From Podarcis pityusensis (Eukaryota): a stretch of 64,000 bases of DNA. The stretch's first letter is position 1; the number at the start of each line of letters is the position of its first letter. A program made the position numbers and the translations under genes. The notes under the pieces were generated by a model that had not been told where the DNA came from, did no database searches, and saw nothing but the letters and a program-made list of their open reading frames with translations. Shown one piece after another: positions 59,958 to 64,000 of the stretch. The stretch lies in the NCBI GenBank assembly GCA_964106645.2, contig OZ067054.1. One strand, 5' to 3'.

Positions 59958-60418
59958 GTCATCACAGTGCCACAGGCTTCAGGTGGTTCAGAAAGTGAAC
60001 CCTGTGAGATGCCTCCTTCCTCAGAACCTGGTCCAGAAGAAGAGTCTCCCAGAAAAGGAGAAATTGCTATGTTGGCTGGTGCCATGGGTGAAACAGACGC
60101 ATCCCCTACCACCCCTGAGCAGCGGGACCTGGAGGAGAAGTCTGCTATCGCTAGCAGGATGCAGTCCTTCTCAGAGCCATGGGCCAAAGGGAGTTTTGTG
60201 CGGAAGCAGCCTAGCTCTGACAGTGAACTTTCTGCCCCCATGGGTGGTAGCCTGGAGGGCTGGGAGCGAAGCCAGCAGTCACAAGAGGAGAGGGATGGCA
60301 CCCACGTAAAGAGGCGCAGTTCACTCTTTTACTCCCCCTCTTCCCCAATGAGCAGCGATGATGAGTCTGAGATTGAAGATGAGGACCTGAAGGTGGAGCT
60401 GCAGCGTTTGCGGGAGAA
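59958..60418 (+). CDS. WNK3: WNK3 exon
   Basis: ttcag|VITVPQ...SLFYSPSSPMSSDDESEIEDEDLKVELQRLREK|gtaagg; 461 nt. Confidence 0.95.
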
Positions 60419-62492
60419 GTAAGGGCACTAAAATGGGGCCTTGTAACATATTCGTCAAGGTTCTCATTATAACGAGGGACCGAAATGTGGAAAGGGTGGA
60501 GCAGAGTAAGACTTTCTTTGTGCTCCATTACATTCATTTTTTGATTTTGAAGTTAGATAATATCACAAAGCTTCGGTAAGTCTGGGTCTGCTACTTCCAG
60601 ATGATTCTGCCACTATTTAGCAAGCCAGATTGGATGGCTATTTGATGAAGGAATTCTCAGGTGATCTGTCATACAACCAATCAATGTAACTGAATCTACA
60701 TAAATTTTCATATGAAGGAAACTTATTCTGAAGGGGGGGGGAATCGTTATTTCTTCTTCTTTTTCGATTATGTATAATTGCATCATAGTAGTCTTAATCT
60801 TAGAAGTGGCCTTCCCTTCTGGGTGAGAGAAGGAGCAATGCCTCTTCTAAGAAGGAACTTTCAGCCACAGAGTTGTAAGTACTTACCTTACAAATAATTA
60901 CCTTACAAAATATTTTGCCTGGTTAGCAAAGGGCAGCTTTTTAATCAAGCAAAAAAGTTAATTAATACATCAGTCTAGGTGACTATTAAACACTGCAGCC
61001 CTTACTATAGATGTGTGATATATTAAGTAGAAGTAGGGCAGAGCAACCTTATCCTCTAGTACCCTAGGGAGACAGGGAAGCTGCCACTATACTGGCACAA
61101 CATTTGCCATATCCAACCCTTGCTCATCACAGAAGGTGGGTGGGGGACACATGGCTCTGAAAAGAGTAGGGTGGAGCAGCAGCAGCTCCACCCCCAGCAG
61201 CCATGGCAACGCCACCTGCACTTGAACATTTAATTGTGGCCAATGTGGCGAAGTCACGGAAATGCCCTATGGCCACCAGACAGAGCCAACTGACTCATGC
61301 TGACATAGGGGCACCCCTGCTACACCCCTGCCCCACCCGCAACATGCAATCTGCCAAATATACAATGATGCTCCAGCACCTTCTGCTGTGTGAGTGGCCA
61401 AGAGCCGCAGGCATCCCTGAACAGAGGAGTCCATTTCCTCTTACACTGCACACTGCTGACAAGTACTGTTTTTCTTCACAACACAAAAGAAAGGAAAGGA
61501 AAGAGAAGCCATATAACACAACACCCGAACTGCTGCCTTGGGAGAATGCCTGCAAAGGGATGAGAATTCCAGGCCACCAAAGGGGAAAAAGAGCATTTTG
61601 CCACTTGGGGAAAGGGAAGGAGCAGGATAGGCCCAAGAGGGGCCATAGCCACACATTGACAGCAGCAGCCTCCAGTAACTCAAGTGTAGGAAACATGGTT
61701 GGGAAACGAGAGATGCAAGAGCAAGCCCCAACAAGGGGAATATGAGCCCCATGCACTTTTAGTATGCCTGAGCCAGCAATAGTCATCGCAGAGGCAAAAG
61801 ACAGGGAGCTCGTGCACATGAACCCACACTGGAGACGCCACAGAACAGTTCCCTAACTATTTAGCCATAGTAGCAAACAGGAAGCAGATACCTTATGGAA
61901 CATTTGCTTCCCTCAGTTTCAAGACATGCTGGATTGAGACACGTCAAAGAAGCGATGCAAACTCATACAGGGAAATCCGGTAGGGAAAGTCAGGACTCCA
62001 CAGCGCCATCTGGTGTCACAGTGTCAGATTGCATATACAACGCATATAAAATGCTTTTTCTTTAGCAGTCTATCTGAGTCCATAGTCATATATACCAGGA
62101 ACACATGGGCTGCAGGAAAACCCCTCGCCTGTGGAGCAGCTTAAGTTTCACATGCTGTGTGTCCCAGGTCTCAATAAAGAGTACAATCCAATGCTACAAA
62201 TGGGGGGGGGGCAGACTTAGGAACTGCTGAGCCAATCAGGAGGAGCACTGCATGGGCCAAGAAGTCCTTTTGGCCCACCCCTCCCAGAGCAACCCATGTG
62301 AGTGAGGAGAAAGTAAAGGAGCTCCTAACCCTGAGCCTTAGCACAATCAAAGTCTCTGCCTGTTCCCTGGGCTGAAAGTCTCACAGCTGGTCCATCACCC
62401 TTTGCCTGCATCTAGTGGCTGCTGAGGTGGGTATAGAGTAAGCCAGGGCTTGGCTTTGTCCTAAGGCTTTGTCCTCTTCCTCTTCTGTGTAG

Positions 62493-62704
62493 ACACATTC
62501 AGGAGGTAGTGAGCCTTCAGGCTCAACAGAACAGGGAGCTGCAGGAGTTGTATGAGCGGCTGCGTTCCATCAAAGATAGCAGGTCAGAATCCTCTGACAT
62601 CTCCCTGCAACTGTCGTCTCCACGCCGGCCCAAGTCTTTCAAAAGCAAGCTGCGTAGCAGGCCACAGTCTCTGTCGCATGTTGACAATGGCATTGTTGCT
62701 CCCG
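62493..62704 (+). CDS. WNK3: WNK3 exon, C-terminal coiled coil (HQ motif)
   Basis: tgtag|[28 protein letters not shown]...[23 protein letters not shown]|gtaaga; 212 nt. Confidence 0.95.
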
Positions 62705-63438
62705 GTAAGAGATGGGAGTGGGAGGTGGTTCAGAATATGGGTGTAGGGAATTGTTAAAACTGAAGGTGTTCCTTAATGTAGAAGAAAAGTCCCAAGTTCA
62801 CAAATGCATGAAAGAGTCCGGTTCACAAGATAAGTTTTCCTTTCCACTTTGCATTCTTTGCCATGGGAATTCTATATTATTTCGTTGTTGGCTCATTACA
62901 TGTGATGCAGCAAAAGTCTAGAGAGCTTCCCCATTGCCACTTTCCTTTGTTATGTTTTGCCCTGGTGAGCTGAACTTTTCAAAAATCTCTTGACAATAGT
63001 CGCTAGTTGGGTGCCCAAATCCCTGAGACAACTTTATAAATATTACCCTTGGATACAGATCCATTCATTTGTCATCTTCTCCATTCCCACCCCATAGTTT
63101 TGTTACCTCTAATCATGTGCCTCCCCCCCAACTTTCCTTCGCCTTACAGAATGCTGTTGTGCTACCACTGCTGCCTCTGTGATAGACTATCAGTTGAGTA
63201 TTGAGGCCCATTTGCTGCGCCAGAGCTGTTCACAAGCAGAGACTAGCCAAGGTATTTGCACATTCCATTCTTCTCTTCTGAAATGCCAATGCTTTATATT
63301 TAATATCTTCCTGTTGGTAGATGACACCACCACTCCATTGTAGGTCTGTGGATTGCAGGTGTATATTTTGCAGACTAATAATTTTTACATTTCTGCAACT
63401 TCACCATGCAAACACAGAATCTGATAGCTAGCATTGTG

Positions 63439-63498
<60 letters not shown>
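63439..63498. repeat. (GT)n(GA)n compound microsatellite
   Basis: Direct reading. Confidence 0.95.
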
Positions 63499-63502
<4 letters not shown>

Positions 63503-64000
63503 CAGTGTGTGTAAAAATAAGTTTCTAGCTGCCATGACTGAGAGGCAATTCATATTTTATACAGTGCTTTTGGTACACCAGTGTTTGCCGTAAACATCTA
63601 GGGTTTGAAAAGGGGATACATACTTCAGTACATGTTATAGAGGCATTGCAGGAGATCGCAAACTTCTGTGGCTTCCAATCTTCGCATGTTTGGGGGATGC
63701 ACCTCTTCCCACTTCACTTGTTTCTGCTCATCCTGTCAAACAATATAGTGTTGATGCTGTGTAAATGGTGAAGCTGAGAATCTGGAAAATAAGAAGGCAG
63801 TAACACAGGCTAAACCTTTAAAACACATTTTTCTTCTCAAAAAAATCTCAGCTTGTTTAATGGCTGCTGTCAATTGTAACTGTCAGCGGTAAACTACAGT
63901 GTCAGAATTATTTGAGGGGGGGAAATGTGCTTTAAAGGTTTAATGTATTCAGAAGCCCTGAAACTGGAGCCTGTGGACAAACCTTCCCACCATTGGGTAG

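Noticed and set aside
61203-61819. Overlapping 180-aa and 174-aa ORFs
   Set aside because: No recognisable domain; the WNK3 exons at 60418 and 62493 join in phase without them; probably degenerate repeat.

Overview
Vertebrate genomic DNA; the Sauria- and Squam3-type SINEs point to a squamate, probably a lacertid lizard (inference). The + strand carries 20 internal coding exons of a WNK kinase identified as WNK3 (17546-62704). They join into one continuous frame of 6889 nt with matching phases; the first coding exon and the last exons lie outside the window. Notable gene features are a 2868-nt symmetric Gln/Pro-rich exon with internal 39-bp and 138-bp repeats, a GC-AG intron, an exon-18a/18b-type alternative donor, a candidate recursive splice site and a candidate 48-nt cassette exon. 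The long upstream intron holds a decayed antisense Ty3/Gypsy (sushi/PEG10-like) element with a GGGAAAC -1 frameshift signal and a possible self-priming site. It also holds a 2-kb non-autonomous Tc2-type DNA transposon filled with an ordered array of 15 GC-rich hairpins whose loops occur in both orientations. Other introns hold Tigger and hAT MITEs, SINEs, CR1/L2 fragments and a DIRS-like recombinase remnant. Family names and human WNK3 comparisons come from recalled motifs, not database searches.
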